The notes under the pieces are model-generated. The model was not told where the DNA came from, searched no databases, and saw nothing but the letters and a program-made list of their open reading frames with translations. This document shows positions 1 through 24,137 of a stretch of DNA of 64,000 nucleotides, piece after piece. Source of the DNA: Mytilus trossulus (lineage: Eukaryota); contig NC_086379.1 in assembly GCF_036588685.1 (NCBI RefSeq), forward strand, positions 77,686,001-77,750,000, given 5' to 3'. Position 1 is the stretch's first letter. Each line of letters begins with the position of its first letter. A program made the translations under genes and the position numbers.

Positions 1-160
1 ATCCTAAATATGCATGAAATGCTTCCCACAGTACATTTATCAAGCAACACTCAATCAATCCTATTTAATAAATCCAGCTGTCTTTGTTTTTACTCTGTCA
101 AACAGGACTTGGTGTTTCTGACAATATTTCACAATATGCGACAACTATTATCAATTATTA

Positions 161-11499
<11,339 letters not shown>

Positions 11500-11562
11500 G
11501 TTTAAAAGATGTACAAGTCTTGATTGCTAGTTTGTTATATGCCATGGCTAGACTTTATCAGC

Positions 11563-11571
11563 TTTTATATA
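11563..11571 (-). promoter_or_regulatory. Candidate TATA box of the ABCC gene
   Basis: The minus strand reads CCTATATAAAAGC about 65 nt upstream of the inferred ATG at 11499. Confidence 0.45.
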
Positions 11572-11818
11572 GGCTGAGGAGTATAACAATAGAAATTCAA
11601 AATAAACCATAAATTCCCCTTTTCCAACCGACTGACCATGTGGGAGATACTTAAATGTATACGCGGCTATTTACATTGATCTGTTTACATTGGTGACCCG
11701 TTCATACCATTTAATATTATCGATTATTGTTAAAGTATAATATGGATTCTCCATATATTAATAGACTATGCTTACATTTTGAACTTTACAATAATCTTAT
11801 TGTTGAGTTATGTCTGTG

Positions 11819-11826
11819 TGACGTCA
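11819..11826. promoter_or_regulatory. Palindromic CRE (TGACGTCA) upstream of the ABCC gene
   Basis: Exact CREB/ATF consensus about 320 nt upstream of the ATG; function untested. Confidence 0.3.
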
Positions 11827-13209
11827 GTAACATGTAATGAAATCAGAGAGAATACCCGTTAAGTTTAGATTTGGTTCAATGAAGACTGATTTCGTTAATA
11901 TATTAAATCTACATGGTCATCAAAGGTATTTGCTTATTTGTGTCGTTTTATTCATTGTATTCAAACGTTATTCTAGTATGATTCAACGACATAACTAAAC
12001 TAATTCTTTTGGATTAATGTTCGTACTAGCCGGTAGGTTTAAAAAAAAAAAGAGGGGGAGGGGACTATTTACTTCGATGTTACATAAATAAAAAAAAAAG
12101 AGAGAAAAACAATAAAATTGTGAGGTCAAAATTAGAGACTGGTTAATGTCGGAGAACTGTCCATATCATACTACTCTATTTCGCCACGGATCACAAGTTA
12201 TGAATGAATTCATAGATAACTTGAACACCAAATACATATTTCGTTAAATCTTAAAAGTTTCGATGGAGTTTTCATAATTTTTTTTAAAGATACTTGATTT
12301 TGGGCCTTTTCTTAAAAAAAAATTCGATTTCTTGACCAATTTATCAAAATTTTATAAAAAAAAGAAAAGTCGTTCACACTCTTCACAAATATTTGCAACC
12401 ACTCTTTGGAAAATTTTAGATGCAAGAAAAAAAATAATGCTCTAATATTACAGGCCGTCATTCTACCCGTAGGATTAAGATCTATTGTTTATTTTTATTC
12501 TCTCCATGACTAATAAATTACGTGTTTTACTTCAACGCCTGGCAAATATTGATAATAAGAATAATTATATCGTGTCGAGAGTGAAGCAGACACAGGACTT
12601 CGATGCATCTGATCTTTTCTCGACAAAAAAGTAGATCTTTGCTTTATTTCAATTGTTTAAATAAACACTGGACTCATCAAGATAAAGTATATAATCTTAT
12701 GTATATTTTACTTACACATACATGCCTTAACAAGGCAAATTATCTTTCTGAATATATAATAGTTCATTGGTTCTATGAACCCCAGAAAATGTATCATGCT
12801 GTTACGTTGTGAATAAAATATCAAACAAGTTATCAGTAAAAGTATATATATTCAAATGAGTGTGAAAACAGAAAGAGTGATATTTGGTTGGTCGTTTTGC
12901 AAGATTTTCTTTTCTTCAATCTACCAGATTCCCTACAAAATTTACACCAATATCAACAAGTCATTGTTACTCAACCTTGTTTGGCTTAATTGAAATAAGT
13001 TATAATAAGTTAACCTTTAACTTGATTCAAATTCCCAATTCATGTAAACATGTTAGAAAATAACCGTTTGAGGACACAAAATAGCAATAATTTTATATAT
13101 ACATACTAATTAAAAGTACTGGTTTTAAAAAAGAAAAAGGTCGGTTTTACATATGGCTTTTAGTTTAAGGATTTGAGGTTAACAAAAGTATTTCTCCGAC
13201 TTTTTAAGA

Positions 13210-13820
13210 CGTCTTTACACTAAATCCATTGGATGTTGGATGTGTACTAATTTATAATTTAGTCTTAGACATCTGATTTGTTTTGTTATATAAGTTGATA
13301 TTGGCTTTGAACTTGCTTTCAGTAAATGCGAATACTCTCAGATCTGTACTAAGTGTCTTTTTGTTGATGTTATAGAAGTATCCGGTCGCGTCAACTCTGT
13401 GTAGTACTTATATGTGTATTTATCTGATGAGACAAGCTTTTTCAACTGATTTTTATAGTTTGGTAATCGTATGTTGTACTGTTACATCCAAGGAAAGGCA
13501 AGAGTTGTGAACGCACTGACTTGTTCAACCCCGCCATATTCTAAAATGAAGTGTCTGTCTTAAGTCAGGAGCCTGTAATTCAGTAGTTGTCATTTGTTTC
13601 AGTGCAAGATGTTTGTTTTTCGTTCATTTTTGTATATTGATTAGACCGTTAGTTTTTTCGTTTGAATTGTTTTACATTGTCGGTTAGGGGCCATTTATAG
13701 CTGACTATGCGGTATGGGCTTTACTCATTGTTGAAGGCAGTACGGTGACAAGTAGTTGTTAATTTCTGTGTCTTTTGGTCTTTTGAGGAGACTTGTCTCA
13801 TTGGCAATCATACCACATAT
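13210..13820 (+). mobile_element. Dispersed SINE-like repeat (family 1), long copy
   Basis: Colinear with 49240-49790; ends ttgtctcattggcaatcataccacat like the other copies. Confidence 0.7.
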
Positions 13821-14817
13821 GTAGCAAATATATAACATTTTTTTTTGTCGGAAAATTGGCAAGTAAGGTTATAAAAAAGGAAAGTTACACTTGATAAAGT
13901 TGAGTCCGAAGTGGTTTTCCAGCATTTTCTTCATCAGAAACGCCCATACTACAAAAATTTAGCGACAAAGATGAATGACTACCAAAACACGTGGAGAGCT
14001 ATATGATTAAATAAATTTTGTTATTTTTGTTATACATGTTTATTAGCCGATTGTCAGCTTTCCAATCTGGACCACTTTTAGTTCATACATATGAGCGAGA
14101 CATGACTTAAAGGACTCCCAGTACGTAAGTTACATGACATTGCTTGTGTGCAATTAGAACAGCTGACTGGGTGCTGGCTGCAAACGTAAGACAAGATAAA
14201 AAAAATAATCTTTTGAATTCGAAAATAGAAAAGTACTATAAAGCTAACAAATGAGACTTCTGGTTTTCATACTATATCAGTATTCATAGATTTGAATAAA
14301 GGCAACAGTAGTATACTGCTGTTGATTTTTTCTCATATAGATGCATCTTATTTGCTGTCATATTTTAGTTCATTCTTACATTTCTTTCTAAACTTTCATT
14401 GGTGTGGAGAATAGCTGCTTATATGGAAGGTTCTTGAAGAAGTGATATTAAGGGTAAATTCACATCACTCTAATCAATAGTTTAACAGACGCCTTTGTTG
14501 TAACAAAAAAAAATGCGTCATAGATGACCTTCGATTTGTTCGAATGGCATTGTCCACACATTGTTCTAAATATGTTATGTCAAACTTTTACACCTAGTCA
14601 TGTTGTATGGTTTAAGATTTTCATTAACCGATTGTTTAATATTTATCAAAAGGATAAGATAAGAATAACTTACCAATTGCGATTAAATGATGTTTTATCA
14701 TCGAATGTGACGTATGAACTTATTTTAACAGAATTATCATTGTTAAAATTGGTCCTGATTTAGAAACTGTTTATCATTCAGGGGAACAATAACATTTTTC
14801 TGGTATCTTTGTACAAA

Positions 14818-14960
14818 ACAATTTGGAATTTTTGGTCCTAAATGCTCTTTAACTTTGTACTTATTTAGTTTTTTTACCTTTTTTTATTCGAGTGTCACTG
14901 ATGAGTGTTTTGTAGACGAAACGCGCACCTGGCGCAAATATAAAATTTCAATCCTGGTAT
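14818..14960 (+). mobile_element. Retrozyme 3' fragment with mutated hammerhead
   Basis: CTGATGA 14898-14904 ... GAAA 14918-14921; stem II mismatch and GCA in place of GTA at the cleavage triplet; flanks match 46553-46948. Confidence 0.8.
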
Positions 14961-15079
14961 TTGCATCTCCCTTGCATTGAGATTTGAGGGTAAAAAACAA
15001 ACCGAATGCTTTTTGTGCAGACCAATTCAGCATTGTTGTTCATCAATAAGTTGACATGATGATACATATAAATTAATGT

Positions 15080-15284
15080 GAAGCAGGATTTGTTGACCCT
15101 TCCGGAGCACCTGAGATCACCCAAATTTTTGGTGGGGTTCGTGTTGCTTAAGTCTTTGATTTGCTATGTTGTGTCTTCTGTGCTATTATTTGTATGTTTG
15201 TCTTTTTGTTTTTGACCATGGCGTTGTCAGTTTGTTTTCTATCTATGAGTTAGACTCTCCCTCTGGTATCTTTCGTCCCTCTTT
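15080..15284 (+). mobile_element. 3' tail of a Penelope-like retroelement (family 2)
   Basis: gacccttccggagcacctgagatcacc...ctggtatctttcgtccctctttt; same tail as the RT-bearing copy at 41716-42117. Confidence 0.7.
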
Positions 15285-17204
15285 TAATGCCCAATATCGT
15301 ATAAGCTTACTAAAACAGGCGGAACATATCATGGGGACACTCAAAACCGACTAAGAAAATCGACATTTCCTTGGTAAGAAACAAAAAAAGACGAATAGAT
15401 CAAAACACAACATAGAAAAGTTAACTGTATTGGTATTTGATAGATCAAAATACAAATTATTTCAACGTTATTGTCAGTTAATATGACAGCAACATCTGAG
15501 CCAAATAAACCTGTGACAAAAGTATTTGTTGAACGATACGCGATATATTTGCAGTGGTATGGTTCATTTTACGAATTGTACGCACAACAAGCTTTTGATA
15601 TAGCCTAGTCGACAAGAATCTTATTTCCGAAACAAAACCTACTTTGCATTTTGATTATTATTTCTACGCCTACTCAAACAACTAGTTTTAATGATATTCA
15701 TTTCTTATATCAATTATTTACATTTGCAAACTATAAAAACAAAATGGAATGCATAAATCGACAGTTTGCATAGTCTATATATAGACTGTTTGTTTTACGA
15801 CTATTAACTAATTCCCGTATTTTGCTGCAAGACATCTCTGAAGAGGGTATCATTTATCTTTAATATCTACCACAAGTATATTTTAAAGACTAGTTCATGT
15901 ATTTGGCGTTCCTAATGAAGGCAAATACAGAAAAGCGCTTCAGATGCACTAGATTTATAAATAGTTGTTTTCATTATTCAACTTTTAGGTGCTGGCCTTT
16001 TTCTCATTTTGAAACAAATACGGCTGTGTAAAAATCATTGGTTTAAGACCAGTGCACTGAATCTTCGATGAAGATCAAGTGATGTTTAGATGCTGCTGAC
16101 CTTTTTTTATTTTGTCTTTTTGGGTACCTTGATAACAGTTCCACAGTTTCATTATTTGTGCTTTTAGAATGAATATTATACATTCAGTAATATATTCATG
16201 ATTCGTAATCACCATTTTTAGGCAATAACTCACATCATAGACTTTCATATCACTTCATATATTCCATTAATTCTAGTCATTGTGAATGTAAGTTTATGAT
16301 AAAGAGAAAAAAATTAAGTTATTTGCATTCACACCATGCACCATTCAATATTATAAAAAAAAGTAAAATCACCAAAATACCTTACTCCGAGGAAAATTCC
16401 AAATGGAGAGTCCCTAGTTAAATGGCAAAATCAAAAGCTCAAACACATCAAACGAATGTATAACATCTGTCATATTCCTGACATAGTACAGGCATTTTCT
16501 TATTGAGAAAATGGTTATAAAACACGCTTTCTGCTTCAAATATCCAATTAGAAAGACAGTATGATTTTACCCTGAAAAGCAATACCACAGACATGAATAC
16601 TTACTTATTACCAAATACAATTTCTGTTTCAATTGTAAAGTTTAAAAACAATTTATCTACCGAAAAATTTAAATTCACAATTATTCAGTATTTAATACAA
16701 ACTCATAAATGTTTTCAAATTAATCAACAGTTTTCGTGAAAAAGATAAGAATTCAACCTGCAGGCAGATAGAGTCTTTTTTTTTTTATTGTCAGCCGCTT
16801 AAGAAGTTTAAATGACTATAAATATGAACACACTGCATCATCTATGCATCAGAACCATGTATAGTTGACACCTAACATAAACAGAAATATGAAAAAGTAA
16901 ATGATCCGTACGGTTAAGTGCTACTTTTATTTATCAACAGTGGTATTTGCCTTTAAACTGTTCTCCAGTGCCAATATCTCAGTTGTTTTCCATTCGTTTG
17001 ATTTGTTTGAGCTTTTGATTTTGCTATATGAAAGGATCTTTCTATTTGAAATTTTCCTTTGAATTTGTTATTGTTGTTTTTTTACGTTTTAAAGGGGTTT
17101 TTTTTGGCCGAAGGTGCCAAGGAAATGGCGATTTTAAAGTTTTTCCTGTAGCGTATTGTTAAGCTTGTTTGTTGTATATTTGACCATTTTATAAAGTTTT
17201 TATT

Positions 17205-17354
17205 ATACAGAAAATTCGCCAGCACCAACAGAACAATCTGTCGACTTTATATGAAAAGAGAAAGGAAATTGAAAATGAAATAAAGAATATTAGAATAAAG
17301 ATCAACAATCATCTAGATAAACTACAAGAAGATTTCATGAAACAACTCTTGTGA
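17205..17354 (+). pseudogene. Orphan coiled-coil fragment of a B-box/TRIM-like gene
   Basis: Reads IQKIRQHQQNNLSTLYEKRKEIENEIKNIRIKINNHLDKLQEDFMKQLL*, resembling the post-B-box coiled coil of bivalve TRIM-like proteins; no flanking B-box or other exons found. Confidence 0.6.
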
Positions 17355-17847
17355 TCGAACATAATCTGTGTTTGAGATAAGAATGCCTAAGATGGATTGT
17401 GCTCTTGGTGATATAAATAAAGTCTTTTGTCAATTCGCGAAACTTTCCTTTATTTCATCTCGCTTCACAGTACTCTTAAAGTATTTTGAAATTTGAAAAA
17501 GATATAATGTTTTTTTAATCATTTGAAACTTTTTAAAATGCCATACAGAATGATTTTGTGATGGAACTTAATCTTCACTTGAAAGTAGTTTCACGGTTTC
17601 ACATCTCAATATGTTAATGCAGTTTTATATAGAGTTATCTCGCTTTCGTCAAACTGTTAATCGTGAAGTTTTATGTTTTGCTTATTTCGCGAAAACGGTT
17701 GGTACATGAAAAGTCTACTTGGAATATTAAGTGGAAACTCGACCCAAAGGTCACAAATTAAGCATGGATAAATACCATGCAAATGATACTGATATGGATT
17801 GATACATGGATGAGGGTTCAACTTATATACGAGTTAAAAGTAAAATT

Positions 17848-18182
17848 AAACAAATGAAACTGCGAGCTACTGCTCACTGATGATACCCCCGCCGCAAGTG
17901 GATAATATAAATAGTGTAACAATATGCAAGTGTTCGGTAAACAGGAAGTTGTCGAGTGATGAATCTGAAAACGCATCACACGGTATAGCTGACTTATATA
18001 AATCCTGAAACCAAATTTCAGAAATCCTTGTATTGTAGTTCCTGAGAAAAATGTGACGATAAATATTCATGGGACGGACGGACTGACTGAAAGACTGACG
18101 GACTGGCGGACTGACGGAATGACGGACGGACAGACAGAGGTAAAACAGTATACCCCCTTTTTTAAAGCGGGGGTATAAAAAC
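17848..18182 (+). mobile_element. Non-autonomous Helentron/pearl-like element
   Basis: Internal GACG/GACT microsatellite (18073-18135) followed by a 3' hairpin tataccccc...gggggtata and an A-run. Confidence 0.7.
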
Positions 18183-19440
18183 AAATCCAATAAAAAAGTT
18201 CCTAACTAAAATGTCTAAATGGTCAAATAAAAAAACTCAAACAAATGGATAACAACTTTCATATTCTTAACTTGGTGATTTCAACGACTTAATTCCTCTT
18301 GCATTATTTATGTAATGCTTTGAATTGTTAACGTAAAAGTAGTTGTTTCATTATCATTTTGGCGTTAATTTAGGATGAGTTTCTGTTTGATGTGTCGTCA
18401 TGCTTTGTAGAAGAACCCTTATGTGCCAACAGTTTTTTAAAAACAGTAATTTTCATAATTACTTTACCAATGATATGTCATTTCAACGCAGAAGTGCTGG
18501 ATAATAGAAAATGATTTAAGATTTGATGTTCAATATCTTATTAGTTTACCTTTTGTACAAAAGCATGTTTATACGAGTCAAATTTTCTGTTAAATTTGAC
18601 TAGTTTAAAGAACGAAAGATCAGAGAAGGTTTTTCTATACATTCATATAGGTTAAAATAAGTATATAAAGTCAGACTTTAATTTGTGTGGTCGTTTTGAT
18701 AGATTTTATTTTAAATCTGCCAGATTCCCCTACATATTTTATACCAATGTAGACTAGTCATGGTTATTGAACCTTATTCGGTTCGAATAGTTAATTTAAT
18801 ACTATATATTTAAATTGCTTAAGATTGTCCAGGCATTTAAATATGTTAGAAAGAGAACCATTTGTAGAAAAGTAAATCATCTATTTCAGTTGTTTTCATA
18901 TAGGATATTAAGTAGCACTGTATTTAAAAATTTTAAAATGAAAGAAAACAGCAGTATAGAGTTACAGTTGTATTGCATGGTTTATTAAGAAAGAAATGAT
19001 GCAAATATTAAATGATATTGTCAGAGTGTGGATATATTTTAATGGAGTTTAATGCATGTTTTTATAACTGATTATTAAATCTGCAGATTTACTTTGAAAC
19101 AACTATCCATGATCAACGAACAACGATAAAACAATAAATGTCACCGTTCGGCATTAAACAATGAGCGGAAACCATACCGTGTAATAAGCTTAAAGCAATC
19201 TCCAATAATGATAATAAATTGATCTTAAGACATGTTCAAGATTTATGGAGGAGATTGTTTATATAAACTTTTCCAAAGCTATAGTTAAAAAACAACTTTA
19301 AGTTTTTTATCATTGCTATGAACGAACAACAGTGTTTCTTTAACTTTAACTGAAATCATATCACTAATATCTTCGTTATATTTGTTTGACTTTGTAACTG
19401 CTATTTCGATGAGTATATTGTATACGAATCTCGTCTAACG

Positions 19441-20003
19441 TACATATACTTTTCCTGTTATCTATGATTTGTACACATACTTTTCCCGTTATCTATCATA
19501 AATAATACATATACTGTTCCTGTTATCTATGATGAGTACATATACTTTTCCTGTTATCTATGATTTGTACACATACTTTTCCTGTTATCTATGATTTGTA
19601 CACATACTTTTCCTGTTATCTATGATGAGTACACATCCTTTTCCTGTTGTTTATGATGAGTACATGTACTTTCACTGCTATCTATGATGAGTACACATCC
19701 TTTTCCTGTTGTTTATGATGAGTACATGTACTTTCACTGCTATCTATGATGAGTACACATCCTTTTCCTGTTGTTTATGATGAGTACACATCCTTTTCCT
19801 GTTGTTTATGATGAGTACACATACTTTTCCTGTTATCTATGATGAGTACACATCCTTTTCCTGTTGTTTATGATGAGTACACATCCTTTTCCTGTTGTTT
19901 ATGATGAGTACACATACTTTTCCTGTTATCTATGATGAGTACACATCCTTTTCCTGTTGTTTATGATGAGTACATGTACTTTCACTGCTATCTATGATGA
20001 GTT
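19441..20003 (+). repeat. 31-bp minisatellite, about 18 copies, derived from the retrozyme 3' end
   Basis: Unit acatacttttcctgttatctatgatgagtac; preceded by a degenerate hammerhead (19408-19443) and ending in tatctatgatgagtt as the retrozyme does. Confidence 0.9.
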
Positions 20004-20474
20004 AATTTATTGAAAACCTTTGTTTTTGATTGACTGAAACGAACTTGCACCACAGTTGACGACGACATATCTGTTTGATTTGTCGTAGCCACTGTCTCGT
20101 GTTTGACTCACATCACTACGATGCATAATCTCAATTTTATTTTGTTATGGGATAACACTTAAAAAAAACTAGTAAGACATAAGCTGCATACCCTTCAAGA
20201 GCAATAATAAAGAAAAGAAATCTTAAATGTTTTTTTGGTCGGAATCTACCAAATACTTCAAAAGAGTTCCTTTTGTTTTAATTGATTGTTATTCTACCTA
20301 AATTTTTAGTTAACTCCTATTTTTCAAAAGATTCACATTTTTTCTTGCTTATTTATTTTTCATTGTCTTTGTTGGTTCTATCGGTGATGGGGTTGTCTAT
20401 TCTTTGTCATCATTTAATGTTATATCATTTCAAACTTTACCATTAGAAATGTATAACTATTTATGATACATGTA

Positions 20475-20805
20475 AAAGAGGAACAGTCAAACTCATAGAT
20501 CTAAAAAAAGAAAAGAAAAAAGAAGCTTAAAACGGCATGGCAATCAATGAAAAAGACAAACAGACAAATAATGTTACACAAAGACAACACATAGAAAACT
20601 AAATACTAAGCAACACGAACCCCATTAACTGGGGTAATCTCTGAGGTAAGCTGCGGAAGTGTAAGCAGATCCTGCTCCACATGTGCGAAACGTCGTGTTG
20701 CTCAAGTTATTACAAACCCGGTAAATAGTCTAATTCAGTAGGTCACATTCATAAAAAGGGAAGGAGATTGTAGTTACGGCGTAATGAACCTATCCGATAT
20801 GATCT
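20475..20805 (-). mobile_element. 3' tail of a Penelope-like retroelement (family 2)
   Basis: Colinear with 41716-42045. Confidence 0.75.
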
Positions 20806-21502
20806 GTGTAATGTAGGTTTAGAATTGTGATCATTTGTACACACGACCAATATTCTATTATGTGGTAATATCTTCGTATTGAAGTACTGTTGTAACGTTT
20901 CCAAATTAAAAAAAAAAGTGATTAAGTTTACTGTGTATAAATAAGATAATATCTACAGGTTAGATTAAATACATAAACATCAATCACTACACTATTCTTT
21001 GATGTCTTATATCACCAACTTAGCAATCAGCACTTCTATGTTGGCATGAATTATCATTGGTTTTGACGTGTTAATATATAAACTGTTTACATAACTTTGA
21101 AATAATTATCTGAAATACTAAGGGTTTACTTCCCCATGCATAGATTATTTTAGTTAATTTGGAGACATCTTTCGGATTTTTATGTCCTCTATATATAATA
21201 TGTTACATGTATCCAAGCAAGATGAACTCAAACAGTTGTGGTACTATACTTATCTGTTCTTGATGAATTGTAGCAAGATATGATAGAAATTTAAGAAATG
21301 AAATCCTTTTGACAGATCCGTCACAAAACTTAATGTTTATGTGGATTATGTTTCGAAACATGCATCTTATATTTGAGAAAACTTATTTGGTGGTTCGATT
21401 GTCATTCCTATGCCTACTCATATGTTACTTCCAACAACTTCTGTCACATTCATTTTGTAATCTTGAGAATAAAATTGGATATAAGTTCAGTCGTTCCAAG
21501 GT

Positions 21503-21901
21503 CTAAGAGATAAACTGTTTGTCACGGCTTTGTTCCTCCATAATAAACCAGTTCCGGAATTTTGCTGGTAGCTGTCCTTGGGGAGGGTGTCGTTTATCCT
21601 TTGCACAAGCATTTTTAATAGACTCCGCTGTAAATATCTCAGCTTTTCTGGCACTCATAAGGAAACGAATATAGCTAGATACTGTTGGTTGGTTAAGGCT
21701 TAGTGCACTGAATTGTTTTGGTCTTGCCGTTGGAGGTCTTTTTGTTCCTTGCAGTTCCTGATCCTTGTTTGACCTTGCTTTTGGCGTATTTAACCGTTCC
21801 ACTATTTTGTTGACTTCATATTTAGACTTTGTTTGAAAAGCAGGTGCTTTTTGAATGAATGTTTTATATTCAGGTACATATTCGTAATTCCTTTTCGACA
21901 T
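21503..21901 (-). CDS. Uncharacterised basic protein, paralogue 1 (132 aa, single exon)
   Basis: ATG-to-stop ORF sharing YEYVPEY..I.KAPAF, VERLxTP, LNQPTVSSYIR, I.NAC, HPP and F/YRNW blocks with the ORFs at 23673 and 28995. Confidence 0.85.
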   Translation of the reverse strand: MSKRNYEYVPEYKTFIQKAPAFQTKSKYEVNKIVERLNTPKARSNKDQELQGTKRPPTARPKQFSALSLNQPTVSSYIRFLMSARKAEIFTAESIKNACAKDKRHPPQGQLPAKFRNWFIMEEQSRDKQFIS

Positions 21902-23672
21902 TTTACAGCATCAATTCAAGTCATGAATTTTTTATAATACAGCTGGTATTTCATATGTTGTTTTTTTTATACTTTCAGTATTTTTATAGGTACTTATATA
22001 GAATAAAACATAAATTCCATTTTAAAAAATGCTGAAGAAGTCATAAAATGATTGACATTCACACCATGTGGCAATCGGTGTTACAAAACACAAATTTTAC
22101 TTTACAAAATCCCATTAGAAACACGGCATGAAAACCAATCGAAACAAAATATACTTTCATCCTGATAATCTTAAAAAACAATTCACAAGCATTATCACTA
22201 CAGAACGTAAATACTTCATTTCTAAAATTGTCACTTTCTCCAGAAAATATAATGTTACATACCAAAAGAGTAAATTTGCCTTTATATGCTTGTTTCTTTT
22301 TAACACAAACTCGTAAAAGTTTCAAATTAAACTTTTCAATAATAAAAAGTCTTTTAAATTTTGTCAACCGATTGAGTAGTTTTATTAAAATAACATGCTG
22401 TATTATATATGTATCATATTTATAATATATATTTTATATTTACATAAACATGTTAATATAAAAAGTTTTGCATCATGTTATCATATAATTTTTTAGAAAA
22501 AAAAAATGAACGTAAAACTGTATAATGTATTTTGTGTATAATTTGCTGTATTTGGCAAGACTTTTTGGAATTTTGGTCCTCGATGCTCTTCAGCTCCGTT
22601 CTTTATTTTACCTTTTTTACTTTTTTGGATTCGAATGCACTGGTGGGTCTTTAAATTGAGGACTTGAATTTTGAATGGAAAATCTCCACAAAAATTACCA
22701 GATAAAACTGAATTCTAAATTGAATTTAGATGTATCTGGATCTAAGCGATTCAGATTTGTACTTAAGCAACAGCACTGAGATATTAATCATTCCAACTCA
22801 TCCCATTCCATGTATATCGATTTATTCTTGACTACCAATTTAACGTTTGCTGAAAATTTACATTTATTAAATTGTATCCGATTAACATAACTTTCAAGAT
22901 AATATAACAATTTAGTAAAATTCATTTTATCTTTGTTTCGCCATCTTATATTCTTCTCAAAAAAAATTGTGATATATGAAAAAAAAAACTCATATATTGA
23001 TGACAACCATTGCTTAATCACAAGATTCCGTGATTAAGATTAAAGCCACACGTGACAAAGAAAACATTATACACCAAATGATTAGCTGTATTATCGACGA
23101 ATACACAACAGTCACATATCCTTTAATTCATGTTTAAAGAGTAGAACAATATTAATTCTGTACTGTATCAATAATTCAATATTTGTTTCTGAATACTTGT
23201 ATTGTGTTTATTTTAAATGTCACATTTTTCTTTACTTAATTGATTTTCTTATACATTTTTACTGATATAATGTTTCATATTTTGATAACTGTTTTAGGCA
23301 AGATTGATACAACAAAGGTGTCAATGTTGGTCCCTTTTGGGAGATATTTTGCTACAACAGGGTCATACATAACATTAAGGACATTAATTAAAAATACAAA
23401 GCAAACTTAATTATTTCGTGTAAATTGAACATTTTAATTATATGTTGAAATAAATCATTTTGAACTGATAAAATATAAACGGGCTATGAATCTATACAAG
23501 AAGTTAATTGTGTAATCTATGTTGACAAATGGTTTGGAACGATCATAAATTGAAAAAAAACCGTTAAAACAATGAAAGTATTGTATATCCCACATTTTGT
23601 TGTTTCATAAAAATTAATAAAAAAAAGATTTAATTTAAGAAATAATGCAGAAAAGGGTAGTCTAATGTCAAA

Positions 23673-24137
23673 ATGAGAAACCAAAGGATAATTTACAGAG
23701 GCCCGGGATTTGCACCTCTATCCAAAAGTGTTAACATCGTCAACTATGAGTACTTTCCAGAATATATTACTTACATTCCTAAAGCACCTGCATTTAGAGC
23801 AGCTTCTGGTGACAAGATTAATGAGATGGTGGAAAGATTAAGCACTCCATCATCATCAGCTAGCAGAAGAAGCAGCAGCAATAGGGAACCATCCATAGAT
23901 AAAAAGGGCATCGTTCAATCATCACCGGTAGACTGCAGATTAAATATTCTTAGACTGAACCAACCAACTGTATCAAGCTATATAAGATTTCAGATGAGAA
24001 GCAGAAAGGATCGATTGATCAATGTTGAGGATATAAGGAATTCTTGTGATAAATATAACAGGCATCCTCCACCAGGATATGTACAAGCGAGGTATAGGAA
24101 CTGGTTGACTGTAGAGGGACATACACTCTGGAATTAA
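23673..24137 (+). CDS. Uncharacterised basic protein, paralogue 2 (154 aa, single exon)
   Basis: Same conserved blocks (YEYFPEYITYIPKAPAF, VERLSTP, RLNQPTVSSYIR, IRNSC, HPP, YRNW); AATAAA about 170 nt downstream. Confidence 0.87.
   Translation: MRNQRIIYRGPGFAPLSKSVNIVNYEYFPEYITYIPKAPAFRAASGDKINEMVERLSTPSSSASRRSSSNREPSIDKKGIVQSSPVDCRLNILRLNQPTVSSYIRFQMRSRKDRLINVEDIRNSCDKYNRHPPPGYVQARYRNWLTVEGHTLWN

Noticed and set aside
13420-13455. CTGATGAG inside family 1 repeat as another hammerhead
   Set aside because: No GAAA, stem III or UH site follows.
17867-18190. 107-aa ORF with SVR/SVS repeats
   Set aside because: Translation of the GACG/GACT microsatellite in a Helentron-like element.
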